DNA of 64,000 bases. It comes from a bacterium. GTDB taxonomy: Bacteria; UBA8248. Of this stretch, positions 1 through 12,825 are shown in pieces (the stretch's first letter is position 1; every line of letters begins with the position of its first letter). The stretch spans positions 1,248,001-1,312,000 of the forward strand of contig CBDBZY010000064.1 of the NCBI GenBank assembly GCA_965213685.1. The letters run 5' to 3'. The translations under genes and the position numbers were made by a program. The notes under the pieces are model-generated. The model worked only from the letters and a program-made list of their open reading frames with translations. It was not told the origin of the DNA and searched no databases.

Positions 1-139
1 TGTATATGTAGAGTAGACTTCAAGAAAACAAAACTACACTAGTGTTGTACATTGAAACTACACTATGTTGTCAGTGTAGTACACTATTTACTACATTTAT
101 GCTGTGTAGTACATACTGCATGCTAGGCTGTGTGGTTTG

Positions 140-520
140 CAGATGGAATGTTAGCAAGATGCCTATTGTGATGTACGGGATTTATTAACCCAAACGCACC
201 AAGTAATCATTCCACAGCTTCCTCTTCTGCCTACAAAAGATATGAGCAAGCAAAAAAGCAGGAGTATAGGCAGCACATCAGGGAGGTAGAGCATGTAGTG
301 TTTACTCCCCTCATGCTTCTACTATATTAGTGGCATGGGACAGGAAGCTACCACCTTCTACAAATGGCTTGTTTACAAGATATCTCAGAAGCAGCAGCAG
401 CCATATTGTGTGGTGATGGGATGGCTCAGATTTCGACTGTCTTACTCAGGTCATCCACTACGTGTATTTGTGGCAGCAGATCCTCCTTCCATCATCCTGC
501 TTATGGAATGAATATCACCC
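140..520 (+). pseudogene. Degenerate C-terminal restriction-like endonuclease region of a CRE-like non-LTR retrotransposon
   Basis: Broken frames read DVR..NPNAPSN, YEQAKKQEY..IREVEHVVFTPL, GGMGQEATTFYK, VVMGWLRFRLS and LLRSSTTCICGSRS, typical of the RLE-bearing C-terminus of these elements. Frameshifts are present. Confidence 0.6.
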
Positions 521-1624
521 TAGCAACTACAGAGGGACAAGTTCCTTCTGCATGAACATGAGTAAACTATGCAATTTCCTACGTATATGATTAGACATCA
601 TCTATACTGTTTATTTGTAAGTTCACATTCTTCACCTACTTCTTGCTTTCATGACTTACCAGTATGTATTGCCACATTCATAAAATATAAAAAATTGACA
701 GCCTTCTACGTGGTGTGCCTCTGAGATTTGTACAGTATGTAGATTTTTTGTGCACAGTGTATGCTTTAGCACCAGTACACTGCGTATTTTGCTGCATATT
801 ACACTGATTTGATCTTTCTACTTAACCAACTTTTATTAATATTGTTGCAGAAACTCAATACAGTGCCTTTCTTCGTGTGAATGTGATGTACTAAAACTAT
901 ACAGATACATATACCTGAGAATTCATCAGGCTACAAGTGGACCAAATGCAACAAACAGAAAACCAGCCAGTGAGTAATGCCTGCTTGCTGCCAATGCAAC
1001 AGGAGTAGCCAATGTAAGAAATGTTAAGAGTTCGATAGCTGGCAGGCAAACCACATTCAGATTTTTTACCACTTCGTAAGGGCAGGTGAAGTAATCAGAC
1101 ATGCATACTAACTCAGAGACTGTATCAGGCAGCAACCAACTCTACAACCCGCAGTTTCTCAGAGTAACTAAGTAGCATGAGTTCACAGCATGAGGCAGGA
1201 ATTGAACACTACATAACAGCCTCCTACTAACAATGAGAGTCATCTACTGCCCGCCACTATCAAATATCAAAGACCCACCAGATGCTTCTTGCGCTTTCCA
1301 TGAGTGAAAAATAACCTTGCTTACAAGTATGTACATTAGACAGATTGGAACGGGAATGGAATGGGTAGTCCCATTCAGAGGCCAGTCATAGTCCACTCAA
1401 CATCCATTCAGTGTCCGTTCGTTCCCCATTTTTTCTAAATGGGCGCTTGTTGCACAAGCTGTTTACGGGATGTTTTTAAACACCTACTCTACATGCAGTA
1501 CATGTACATGGGTAAGCTAGCATAGACCTCTATGTACATACACTGTATGTACATACATGTACACACACAGCAATTAAGCCTCAAATAGTATATACATGTA
1601 CATACAAGCACGTGTACATGTATG

Positions 1625-2298
1625 TTCCACACAAATGTGCAACCGCTGTCCCAATGATTAACTGGACACCCAGTTGAAAAAAACAGTTGCACAGTTAATA
1701 AACTGGACAATATGTTACGTAGAGTATGTGCTGAGAACTTACAGCCAGTGAAAATGAAGAGAGTTGAGATGGCAGAGAATGATAGCACGCCTATGATACC
1801 GAGGCTGTCTTTCAAAGGTACATAGACAAAACCTTCCCAAGATCACCCGCTACAGATCATCAGTGATGTGTAGTGTTACTGTGGTGGTTAACAAACCAAC
1901 AAGCGTACCTTCTTCTTGGCTGCCCCTGTTGAGCCCTTCAAATTGGCTTGGTATGTGCATAAGGCAGAGTTGGGAGTACATCTATGCAAACAAAGTTGTG
2001 TACTTTCAATGGTTGAGCATCGGGACAGCCAGTTCAACAACTGAACCGCTGCCTGGTTGCACAAGCAGGCACAAGTGTTTTTCGTCTCCCTAGCTTAGTG
2101 GAAAGTGAAACAAACCGAGTGCACATCTACGTCAAACAGGCAGCATTTTCTTCCTTTGTTTGCTTGAGCAGGGTTACACAACCAGACGACCATCCAGTTG
2201 TGCGACTGAGCATAATACATCACCGGGTTGAGCATCCGGACAGCCAGTTGGTTAACCGTGCATCCCGTTAATCAACCGGATAGGTTGCACATTGGGGC
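1625..2298. repeat. Non-autonomous TIR element; a diverged reverse-complement copy lies at ~13068-13866
   Basis: Ends read AATGTGCAACC / GGTTGCACATT. Internal blocks (AACCTTCCCAAGATCA, GTGCACATCTAC, CTGTCCCAATGATTA) recur inverted at 13.2-13.85 kb. Confidence 0.55.
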
Positions 2299-2348
2299 CA
2301 AACATGTACATGCACTTGTAAGGCATTTCACAAATATACATATCTCAC

Positions 2349-2437
2349 CTGCGATCTCCATCTGAAGGCTGTTGTGTGAGATTTCTCTGTTGTCGTATTG
2401 ATTCATGATGATGAGGATGGGATGAACGAGCACTCAT
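2349..2437 (-). CDS. EXOC8: EXOC8 probable coding exon 4 (MSARSSHPHHHESIRQQRNLTQQPSDGDR)
   Basis: ttacag acceptor and gtgaga donor. The phase-0 start matches the end of exon 3. The peptide is low-conservation linker-like sequence, so this exon is less certain. Confidence 0.6.
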
Positions 2438-3013
2438 CTGTAATTTGGACAAGTAAATGTGTAAATTGTGGAAGAAGATACATGTATAGTGACTGTATAA
2501 AAGAAGTGGAGACATGATGACTTGGATGCAGAGTACACACAACAGGTACATGTATAATACACTGGGTTTCATGGGAACGATGACTTATTATCTGTCTGAT
2601 CATGCAATACAAGGCCTTTATTGTTGAGCAGCCACCTAGAAAGGCAAGAAAGCTACTATTACAAAATACCCAAGTTAATATTACATGGGTATTGCCATCT
2701 ACATGCATTCACTTGATCAGTTGAACCACTGTGGAATCACGTAAGTTCATAGCACAATTGATTATCATAAAATATCATGAACTTCAGTAAGTTGTTTCCC
2801 TGGCAACGTTAGAAAAGAATGTGTTCTCACTGTAGTGCTCATGGGTGTCCAGCAGTTGTCTTTTCACACATACAGATGTATCATTTCTTAACTGCTACTC
2901 CCATATGGCTCTGCTAAACAATATAGGGTTTGTATTGCATAATCAGACAGATCATGTTCGTCGTGTCATCATTGTTCCCATGAAACAGAATGCAATATAG
3001 TAAATCACTTTAA

Positions 3014-3650
3014 GGTGGCGGTTCAACCTTTCACAAACCAAACAGTCATTATAAAAACATAGTCTCAGTGTCATATCCTAAACACCTTTGTAGCAAAATT
3101 TGGTACTGTTTTAAAGCTTGAAAACTGCTCTGCCTGAATATCTACTTTATAATTGTCCACAAAGTAGCACTAAGGTAATGGAGTCCACAAAACTGGACTC
3201 CATAAAAATCCAAATATCTGACTTGGGACAGTTAGCAAAAATATGAAAAAATACGTTAAATTACCCCATAGCTGCGCTGTTTGCGGCGACGCATGCTCGT
3301 GCATTTAGCATGTAAGTACAAGGCAGGCGCGCTAAACGTTTGTCCGTGCTGCGCGCGGGGGTCGATTAAACTTGCCGTTTTGCGCACAATTTTGTAGATC
3401 TACCGCTCATGATGCATCGCTGCAAAGGTCTACGAGTACACATTCGATTGCCGTTGGTTTGGATCTGCTCCAAAGTTTCGGTCCCGAGATATTTAGCATC
3501 TAGATACTATGGTACACTCTACACGCACAAGTACGCATAACGGGCCTACCACTTCAAAGGCTGCACGTGTACACTAACTATGAATCTCATTATAACGTAC
3601 TCACAGCGTAATACATGTGTGCGTGTACTACCCAAGGTTGAACCGCCACC
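3014..3650. mobile_element. Kolobok-like non-autonomous DNA transposon (MITE)
   Basis: TIR GGTGGCGGTTCAACCTT / AAGGTTGAACCGCCACC with TTAA on both flanks. Purine-purine start plus TTAA TSD fits Kolobok. Confidence 0.75.
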
Positions 3651-4799
3651 TTAATACAGTACACTAGTAAGAAAGAGATGACTTACACAGAGATAGTACA
3701 GTGAGTTTGCAATTCACCACTATATTGTTAGTGATTTTCTTTCTTCCCATTGCATATATATACATCTACATGTACATGAATATATTGAGAACCACAACTC
3801 CCTAGGCCATGAATGGCCCTCAGGCCTAGAGTCACCCAATGTTCAGGAGGCATTTCGGCCAATACCAGGCCTCATCAGCTATGCTGGGGTGATTAAACAT
3901 CATGCACATGCAACACAGTACATGACATGCACCGGTCTGGCTGCCAGTTCTCTCAAATTATTCCTATGCCTTTTCATCATGTACAATGTACATGTTCATG
4001 TACATGTATGTGTGCATCACTTCACTTGAATATCCTAACCTACACCATCTTACCAAGGAACTTGTTACCCTCTACAAATCTTTGTTGAGTTGCTACACGA
4101 CTGATGCATATACATGTACATGGTCTAAACCAACTGTGGCTTTATCAAGGGAACACATAGTTTTGTTAACAGCCATGAGTATGGGTAATGTTGTGGCCAT
4201 TAGCCTAGCTAAGCCAGCAAATCTATTGAGGAAAGCTGAAGTGAGAGGATCATTTTTTTTAACATTGCCAGCTATTCTTCATTGAAGCTGCTGTCCAAGT
4301 GAAGCAAAGATTTACAATAGATGATCCAATTCTTTCTTCTTAAACTCAAGTGCATTGTCTTCTACTCGGTGCTCAGCAGTTGTGAATGTTGCTTCAAACT
4401 TTCTAAACATCATTGCTTCAGATTACCTACAAAAACTCAATCGTGTGTGACGTGAACATTCCTTCACTGATCCTGCTCCTCATGACCCAAGAAGACTCAT
4501 ATGGATTGTTATCGGCGGGATATAACTGATGGATGTGGCAAAATCAAATTTCCCATGCTGAGATACCTCATCAAATTCCTCAATCCTCTCTTTACCACGT
4601 ACATTCTATTGCAGATGTTGAGAAATACATGTATTTTATCAGAGTACTCTCATCAAAAGTAATTAAGCAACAAAACAGACTTAAGACTTCCACTTTGGGT
4701 TCTCTCCTAATGAACCGTATGTGTGCTTCCCTTTTTCCTGTAATGTATGATAGCTAGTGACAGATGCTAAAAAATGATATCAACTTTTCATTTGGTACC

Positions 4800-4955
4800 T
4801 ACATGTACATGATGTAACTCAAACAAATTAAAGCTGTTTCTCTACGTCATGCTGAGCTGCTGAAGAAGTCCTGAAAAAAATCAGGACCCAGCTGGGATTT
4901 GAACCCAGGACCTTCTGAATACTAGTCAGACACTCTTACCACTGAGCCACTGCGT
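4800..4955 (-). mobile_element. tRNA(Thr)-like SINE with CATGTA tail; related partial copies at ~6305-6430 and ~6560-6620
   Basis: Minus strand has an A-box (TGGCTCAGTGGT), a TCTGA-CTAGTAT-TCAGA anticodon arm and a B-box (GGTTCAAATCC). The body TTCAGGACTTCTTCAGCAGCTCAG is followed by TTACATCATGTACATGTA. Confidence 0.65.
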
Positions 4956-5529
4956 CTCTGGTGGCAGAGAAGAAAGCCAAGAAAAAGCTAAGCACATTTT
5001 TACTTTTGGTAGATGTTCAAATGGATGATGTCCATATCAATATACATGTACTTGATGCCAAGATTTATCCCACTGTAGAAACAACAGTGTGTTACTATGT
5101 AATGGTTATCTAAAATCACTTGACTCATTTTGACTCAGAACTGAATGTATTATTTTCCAAAAAAGGGCACTGTGGTGTGAAATGGAAATGATGTAGTGAA
5201 TTAGACTGAAATGGCCCTACATATTGGTCTGTATCTCCCAATCCCAATGAAGCCCCAAATTAAGACGACTTCTACTGTTAGTCGAGGATCTAGTGACCCA
5301 TCTACACCAAATAACCTTTGTCCAACCTCATTAGATCAAGCCATATACATGTACATGTACATGTACCATACCATATGCAAGCTCAATCTTCCTGCTACAA
5401 GGTAGTTAAACAGTGGCCGGTGTAGGAAAAAATGTAAATCTTTAATGGCCTTTACCAGGGAGCAGAACTATTATTGAAATGATTTGGAATCACTGTATAC
5501 AGTACAGTACATGAATTACAGTACGGTAC

Positions 5530-5577
5530 TAGCCTCGTTTCCAGGCTCCGCGTGGGAGGGGCCTGGGTACGAGGCTA
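5530..5577. mobile_element. 48-bp hairpin mini-element with TAG...CTA ends (Academ-type)
   Basis: TAGCCTCGTTTCCAGGC...GCCTGGGTACGAGGCTA, flanked by a 10-bp TSD AGTACGGTAC / AGTATGGTAC. Confidence 0.7.
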
Positions 5578-5648
5578 AGTATGGTACATGAATTTGAAGA
5601 TGCAACTAATCAAGAGCTAGACTCAAAATACATGTACATGTAACTTAC

Positions 5649-5741
5649 TTCTCTCTTCATAGCATCTCTTGATGCTTTGTGTTTCTGTTTTGTGTCTTCC
5701 AACAACTGCATCCATGTCTCTTTCATGTCTGGAGTTTCAGC
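5649..5741 (-). CDS. EXOC8: EXOC8 coding exon 3 (AETPDMKETWMQLLEDTKQKHKASRDAMKRE; end of PH domain)
   Basis: tttgcag acceptor, gtaagt donor, 93 nt, phase 0. Continues ...SHLYQ|AETP..K..W, the conserved PH-domain C-terminal helix. Confidence 0.85.
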
Positions 5742-5809
5742 CTGCAAACACATGTGTGTAGTGTACAAGTTCAGAACTGATCAGGGTACATCATACATGT
5801 ACATGTACA

Positions 5810-6006
5810 TGGTCGATCCCTAACAGAGTTCTGACGGCACATACAGAGTGATATAGCTCAGGTGGTAGAGCACTGACAGCTTAAGTCAGAGGCCCCGGTT
5901 CAATCCTGGGTAGCTGGTTTTCACAGTTCTATAAAAATATTCCTGAGCCTTTTCCTGAGCCTTTTCAGTTCTATAAAAATATTCCTGAGCCTTTTCATCA
6001 TGTACA
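5810..6006 (+). mobile_element. tRNA-derived SINE (same family as 12826-13063)
   Basis: TAGCTCAGGTGGTAGAGC A-box, GGTTCAATCC B-box, body TCACAGTTCTATAAAAATATTCC (duplicated here), ending in CATGTAC. Confidence 0.7.
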
Positions 6007-6629
6007 GTACATGAAAACATTCTCCTAGCTGTTCGTGGTAGGGAACATGGATGCAAAAACTACACTTTGAATTCAAATTCAGGTCAAGACATGAAGAGTT
6101 ACAGTATAGGTGGGCACAAAGGACAGACGGGCAGGACATTGTGTCTTTTTGTGGGTGATGTACAGCATACAAGTACATGTACACATACATGTGCATGTAC
6201 ATAGCGGGAATGTACATACACATACATGTATTTATGGTTTGTCCAGTACACCCTGTCTCAACTCCACTTGTGCAAACTGCAGTTTGTACACTGTAAATGT
6301 GCACATGTACATGTACATGATGTAACTAGAGTAATCATTGTCTATGTCACACTGAGCTGCTGAAGAAGTCCTGAAAAAAACAAAGGAATGCAGGATTGAC
6401 GGTACTATCCTAAGGCTAGAGTTCAAACCTCAGTCAACAGTTCAGTGTCATCACAATGTTCATAACTCTGAACACAATAACCATGTATACTATAACTCAT
6501 TATAGATCAGCCCACCAGGGTAATTGAACCACCAAAGACGTGGTACTGAATAATAGGTAAGTGTAACTAGAGTAATCACGTCACACTGAGCTGCTTGAGG
6601 AAGTCCTGAAAAAAATGAAGAGCACTAAA

Positions 6630-7132
6630 GTGCAAACCCTCAGCGCAGTCACATTGCATGCTACAACAGACTGCACAGATGATGCAAACATTGTTGGTTT
6701 AGGTCCACTCAATTGGGCTATAGTCCTGCCTTGTTTTGCATGTTGTTATTTTCTTTTGTTTGACACAAGGAATTAGACAGCTCCTGGGTATTGCATAATG
6801 GAGCATGTAAAGAGGTGTGGCAGGCGAGGATCTGATGTGCTGAACAGCGAGCACAAACTCATCATCATGTTATGATGCATGGGAGTGTTGAGTATTGCAT
6901 GTGTAGTTAAAAAGCAGTTTTAGAAAAAACGGCTTTCTATTGTCACAAATGTGCCACTCATACCACCAATACCTTCGGTTAGATGTGTAGTAGCGCCAGT
7001 CCTCAGATTAGCCGGTGCGGGAAGACACACACACACAGACACACACACAGGACAACTGCAGTAACCCTCTGGCGCACGCACACCAAGGGTTAACTACTGT
7101 AACCCTGGCTGCGCATGTGCGCTGAGGGTTAA
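6630..7132 (-). mobile_element. HINE/DINE-1-like (Helentron-associated) element; second copy at ~15555-16118
   Basis: Minus-strand end is a TTAACCCT...GCGCA..AGGGTTAC hairpin followed by a (TG)n tract. Internal blocks (GTGCAAACCCTC..GCATGCTACAACAG, CTCAATTGGGCTATAGTC) are shared with the 15.5-16.1 kb copy. Confidence 0.55.
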
Positions 7133-7339
7133 CTAAGGATTGTTAGAGCTTAGGCATCTCCCCACACGCATGGAAATCCCCTCTATTTTCAGTGATATGT
7201 AACCGAGTTACAGCGTAAAGCTTTGAAACAGTTCAAGAATAGATATGTGGCTCTATACCACTAATAAAAGAAGGGAATTGTCCAGTATATTTTGTGTATA
7301 TAGAGCCATCTAACAAACAAGACTGAAGAAGGTGGTTTG

Positions 7340-9030
7340 GTGGGTTGGTCATTCATCCAAAAGAGCCATGTGCAAGTTTACATGCACATGCTATTCCATC
7401 TCCTGCCTCATTGCAGTCATCCACCATTGTTGCTTTAAAAGATGCTGTTTCCAGGTGCCCTTCACTTACTCCTCAAAGTGTGTCACAGGGTGTAGGTGTT
7501 GGCTATATGAAGACAAAGCAGCTTGCAATGCAAATCGTCTGTGATACCAACTGAAGAAGGCCCAAGGGCTTGATTCAAATACCACAATAGCACAATTTGA
7601 AGATTTTGCCACAGAAATAGATGAAGCTGATGAATGTGGTTCAAGTCCATTATCTGGAGGAGCATCCATTGTTGAAACCTCTCATGAGAAGTACAGACAC
7701 CTTGGAAGGCCTTGCGTTAGAAGTGCAGGCATTGAAGAAGGAATGAAGTATGTACTTGTAATGTCACCACTTATGTCTTCTTCACCTTTATTGAGACAGA
7801 TACTACTTACAAAAGAATATCCCTACTTATTCAATGCTACAGCATTTGCTATGCTTGGATGGTAGTCTGCTGTATTCGTATCACAAAACAAACTAAAGAG
7901 GCTTATGCATTTTGCTTTAAACTCATGTTTGACCAATGCAAGAAGGATAATCCTGATTTTTGTGTAGCAAAGACATTACTTGGTGTTGTAGTTGGCTGGA
8001 GTGATGCAGAAGCAGATGGATTGAGATTAGCAGTTGGTGATGAAACAGCAAACCTGCGATTGAAAGGATGTAAGGTTCACTGGGTAAGATCCTACCAAAG
8101 AGTAGCTGATAAGGTTTGCAAACATCACCACCCAGAGATAAGAGAGTTGAAAAAGAGGCATTTACCCTTCTAGCTGCCACAATTCAAAAGGTACATGTAC
8201 GTACACAACAGCACGTATTTCAGCTCTTTGAGTGCTTATGTGGCAACTGCAATATACATGTAAGTCAAGTACAAAGCATTGTTCCTGGCTTAACAGCTGC
8301 ACACATAGCAACAGTAATTAAAAACAGAAAATGGGAAGGTGCATCTCACTGTGTTAACTGGTGGATTAGACCAGCACATCTGCGAATGCTTAGCCAAGCA
8401 TTCACAGAAATGCCTAAAGCAGTTTGGGAAAGTGCACCTAGTACAACAAATGCTGTTGAAATATAGCAAGCAGAAACACCTAGTGCAGTTGAAGGAAGCA
8501 ACGATCAGAGTTTATAAAATAGAAAAAATCATTTTAAGATACATCACTGCTAGTAAAAATGTGCGTCAGTCCTACACAAATCATACATCTGAAAAACAAG
8601 CTGCAAAAAGGGCATATCAGCCGATAAACAAGAGTAACAAATGATAAGCTGGTTGTACATGGACCACCAGACAAGACCTCAAATTTTCAGGGTCATAAGC
8701 GACCAGTTGAGGCCAAATGCATTGCAAACCACAAAAACAAAAGCTACACATGGACCACCAGAAAGGACCTCAAAATCTCAAGGCCATAAGAGACCTAGTG
8801 AGATCAACAGAAGTCACTTACCACAAACAAAAAAGCAAGGGTTTCAAATTCACCTGACTATACACTCATGATGGAGACATGCGAAGTGTTATATGATGAT
8901 GGTAAATGGTACGAAGGTACAATAACAGGTTGTGAAATGATTGAAGGTATATGGCAATACAAAATCACCTTTTCAGATGGGAAATCCACTTATGCAAGTA
9001 TAGATAACCCTGAAGTTAAGTACAATCATC
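7340..9030 (+). pseudogene. Degenerate MULE-type DDE transposase with a C-terminal Tudor-like domain
   Basis: Fragments read IETDTTY, YPYLFNATAF, VVGWSDAEADGL, KGCKVHW (CxxH) and WESAPSTTNAVE, then EVLYDDGKWYEGTI..YKITFSDG. Multiple frameshifts. Confidence 0.7.
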
Positions 9031-9727
9031 ACATTAAGCAGCCACTGACAAGCTCTATACATGTATGTACACTGTAGGCTGGACTACTACATGTATTTTG
9101 AAGAGCTGCCATCAAGAATAATATATTTCTGCGTGATATTTCTTTGTGATAAATCCAAAATAGCTTTGATGTGGCAATTACACACACAAAATTTAACAGT
9201 TGGTTAGGCTGGAAATCAATAATTCTCTATACATAAATGAGGAGTACATGATGCATGATATTGCAACAGTACAACCATGCAATGAAAGGTCATTTGAAAA
9301 TAGTCTCTTTCTGGCTTGATTCAATTAAAACCATTGCAAAAAAAACCTATAAATCTCAAGTGGCAAAACACAGAACTACAATGTAGTGTTGCAGGCTTGC
9401 AAATTAATATGTAGCCTCAAGTGCCATTTGCAACATCCTTGCCTACCTATAAGTCAAGGCTGAGTTAATGAGATTCATGGGTTGAAGGTAGAACCCACTT
9501 ATTTATCCCTCATTGGAGAATTTCTACCATGTATACATGTAGTTACGATATGTACAAGAAGTTCTGGCTGTTTAAGTCAGACTTTAACATTTACCATGAC
9601 TTAAACGTTTACCATGTGTAATACATGGTACACAGGACTTCATTTACCATGTGTAACACATGGTAAACTATACCAAAAAAAGTCAGAATGTACATGTATA
9701 TGTACAGTGCACATGTACAGTACAGTA

Positions 9728-11270
9728 CCCACCAGCAGCAACCTAAACATACGCGCAACACACGCGTGCGATCTGCGTATAACACGCATGTGAAATGCAT
9801 GACACGCATGCGACACATGTGATGCCATGTGATATAGGCATGACACATATACTACACGCTGCAGGTGTGGGCTTATTGAGTCACACGTATAACTTGTCAC
9901 GTAACCTACTAGATGGGCAGCGCCCGTCCTGGAGCCGCCCATCTAGTAGAAGTTGGATGCATCACTGCTAAGAAGCATTCAAGCTTGATCTTAAGTCTTT
10001 CCATGGCTATTAGTAGAGCCTCATACGGAGGTGCTACATGCACACATGCGTGTAGAGTGCGTGTGATACGTGGAGCTACCCGTGTGACACGCATGCAAAA
10101 TGCGTGTAACACGTAGTGTGGCGTAGCCTGACCACACCCTTCTAATTGTGCACACGTGGAAGGCAGAGCAGGGTCAACACGGTTGACCTTATGTGACCTT
10201 TTGCCAATTCCAATGAAACACGGTATTCGATAGTTGAATAACTTTGTGGCATATGATCAGTAACCGTTGGCTGAACGTAGTCCCAAGACTGGTTCTGAAA
10301 ATGCTGCAGACAAACCTAGGATGGAATATATGAAAGCTTGTGCTCTAAAATATGGTAAAGTGTATGACTACACAATCCCCAGCTTCTCCGTGATCAATTA
10401 CCGCTTAGATCTATACATGAGAAGGTCTAGCCATTGACTAAGCCATTTTGCAACTCAGTTTGCTTAACTCTCCGGGCTCGAAAGTCAAAGACATCGTATA
10501 AGGCCTAAATTTTGTCCTACTTGTTTAAAGCGAAAATCGTCGGGGTTCACAGGTGAAAAACAGCAAATTATTCTGTGGTGGTTTAGTACAGTAAGCATGG
10601 ATGATGTTTGGAAAATGTCACGTATAGGTTAACTGTGTCGACCCTCCTCTGGTCAGGGATAGCTACATGTAGCATCAACAACTTGTGCATCTGCAACAGA
10701 TTGCAGAGTTGCCAATTACACGCACGTGGAATGTAATCTGAGAAATACCATACATATTTAACCCCTATGATACTACACTGTACGTGTTAGAGGCAGTTAG
10801 TACTAGTGTGCGGACTCTGGCAGAAGCTCAAATGCAAAGTGCCGCTGCAGTAGCTGCGCGGAAACTCGGCTACAATGCTATGAAGGATAAGCAGAGGGAC
10901 TACGTGCTGTGATGACACTAGTGAGCCTTTTTCTGTCTATATTCCTCTCCACAGCTAAGGCAAATGATTGCGGGTTTTGCAAATATTCTCGAAGTATCTT
11001 TGCACTGCAGCTGTACGTTTTGCTTTCGTGTGCGCATTGGGACAGGTGCAGTTTCGAAACACACTCATGTGGCTGCATAGTTACATAATCTGCAATAATC
11101 AGCACATTCCAATGTGACAAGTCATTGATGCTAGTGGTCCCTGACCCCTTCTGCATGTGCACGATTAGAAGGGTGTGGTCAGGCTACGCAAGACTATGTA
11201 ACACGCATGTTACTAGTACACACGTGCAAAATGCGTTTGACACATGTGCGTTTAAGTTGCCGCTGGTGGG
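9728..11270. mobile_element. EnSpm/CACTA-like MITE (CCC...GGG ends, TA flanks) hosting an AcademH derivative
   Basis: TIR CCCACCAGCAGCAACCTAAAC / GTTTAAGTTGCCGCTGGTGGG with TA on each side and ACACGCATG subterminal repeats. The superfamily is inferred from the termini only. Confidence 0.6.
10114..11196 (+). mobile_element. AcademH-like deletion derivative
   Basis: TIR TAGTGTGGCGTAGCCTGACCACACCCTTCTAAT / ATTAGAAGGGTGTGGTCAGGCTACGCAAGACTA with an exact 9-bp TSD TGTAACACG. Internal AAAVAARKLGYNAMKDKQ (~10830-10900) resembles a RecQ-helicase N-terminus. Confidence 0.75.
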
Positions 11271-11357
11271 TACTGTACATGTACATGTACATGTACCTGT
11301 ACATACAGTGTACATGTACGCATATGTACAGTGTATCATGTAGCAAACACAACTGAC

Positions 11358-11570
11358 CTGATAGAGATGACTGTCAGGAAACATAAGAATCTTGAAGCAA
11401 CAACTGGCAGCATCAGAATCTTTCATCTCTACCACTGCCATGTTGTCCAATTCATATAGAGCCTGAAATCGATAACGTACAGGACCTTTGCGTCGACGGA
11501 TATGGGCAGCCACCATAAGACTGTCATTGAGAAGAAACGCTTGAACAGGCTGAAGGTCTTCATAGGTCTC
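11358..11570 (-). CDS. EXOC8: EXOC8 coding exon 2 (PH domain: ETYEDLQPVQAFLLNDSLMVAA...FKILMFPDSHLYQ)
   Basis: tttgtag acceptor, gtcagt donor, 213 nt, phase 0. FLLNDSLMVA, YRFQALYELDNMAVV and FKILMFP match the Exo84 PH domain. Confidence 0.9.
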
Positions 11571-11889
11571 CTACAAAGGTGTAAACATACATGTACATGT
11601 ACATGTACATGTAAATTCAATCAGCTGACGAATATATGCTGCAATGTCCACAATACATATACATGACACTGGCCGAAATGTGTCCTGTGCATTGGATGAC
11701 TGTTTAACATTTAGACCTGAGGGCTATTCTCAATTTATTTGTGTAAACTCAGGCATAGAGACAGGGCAACACAGAGCAACTACACCTGTTTGATGAGTTT
11801 ATGCAATGTAATCATGTACAGTACATGTGTATACACTTACATGTACATGTACGTAGCTTGGAGATTGGCATCATTGGTGGTTTAACTAC

Positions 11890-12149
11890 CCCGGCCTTCT
11901 CGTACAGACTAAATTATAGTTTCCCCTGTTTACCAGGATACTTGCCCTGCAATGCCTAATTCGACCCACAACCACTGAGCTGCCTCAGTAGCTTAGTGGA
12001 CAGAGCACACTGGTCTAAAGAAACACAGTGATGTGGGTTCGAATTACACCTGCGACAGCTCACCTTTTCTTTGAAAAGAAGAGAAAGTGAGCCATCTCAG
12101 TTGGTGTTGTTGTGTTCCCTTGAATCTCTGATATGTACGTGATCATGTA
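11890..12149 (+). mobile_element. tRNA-derived SINE (family shared with 14895-15146 and 30510-30675)
   Basis: CTGAGCTGCC..TAGCTTAGTGG A-box, GGTTCGAAT B-box, TTTTCT..AAAAG..GGTGTTGT body and CATGTAC end. Confidence 0.65.
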
Positions 12150-12759
12150 CCATATTTATCCGAATCAAGGCTGGCTCCAAATAGAAGCCGGTCTCGTTTA
12201 GAGGCCGGGGTAAACGGAGTGAATTATTAAATTAATAGAGGCCAGGTCTCAAATTGAGGCCAGGTCCTGCGCCGCTTTCACACCCCGCCTACGTGCGTGT
12301 ACATGTACTTATGTGTATCTAGATCTATGGCTATCTAGTGTCTGCAACCGTGACAGTCTCCATGGTGTCTGAGCGAAAGTGTTATGACGTTACATTCAAG
12401 CTCAGAGTTGTGAACTGCGCAGAAAAGGAGTCAAAGGAAGCCACTGCAAAAGACTTCAGTGTGGATACGAAGAGAATCTGAGTATAGTGGAGCCAAAAAG
12501 ACAGTCTAATTGCGCTACATACATGTATATTTGCTAAAACATTGCATGAAAATCCCGGCTAGATGCCATGTTGGACAGGAATCCGTTGATAAATCTATTA
12601 TAAATGCTTAACGGAGTGCAGGCACCCCATCACATGCGCACGCATAAGCATTGTACAAATAGAGGCCTGGACCTGAATAGAGGCTGGCTCCATTTTGAGG
12701 CCAGGTCAAAAATGTCACAAAGGAAATAGAGGCCCGGGCCTCTATTCGGATAAATACGA
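12150..12759 (+). mobile_element. pogo/Tc1-mariner-type deletion derivative
   Basis: TA-preceded TIR CCATATTTATCCGAAT / ATTCGGATAAATACG with AATAGAGGCC subterminal repeats. Internal MVSERKCYDVTFKLRVVNCAEKESKEATAKDFSVDTKRI is a Brinker/pogo-type HTH start. Confidence 0.7.
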
Positions 12760-12825
12760 AATATACATGTACATGTACATACATGTACACATGTATGTAC
12801 ATGACGAACATGCAAATAGAATATT

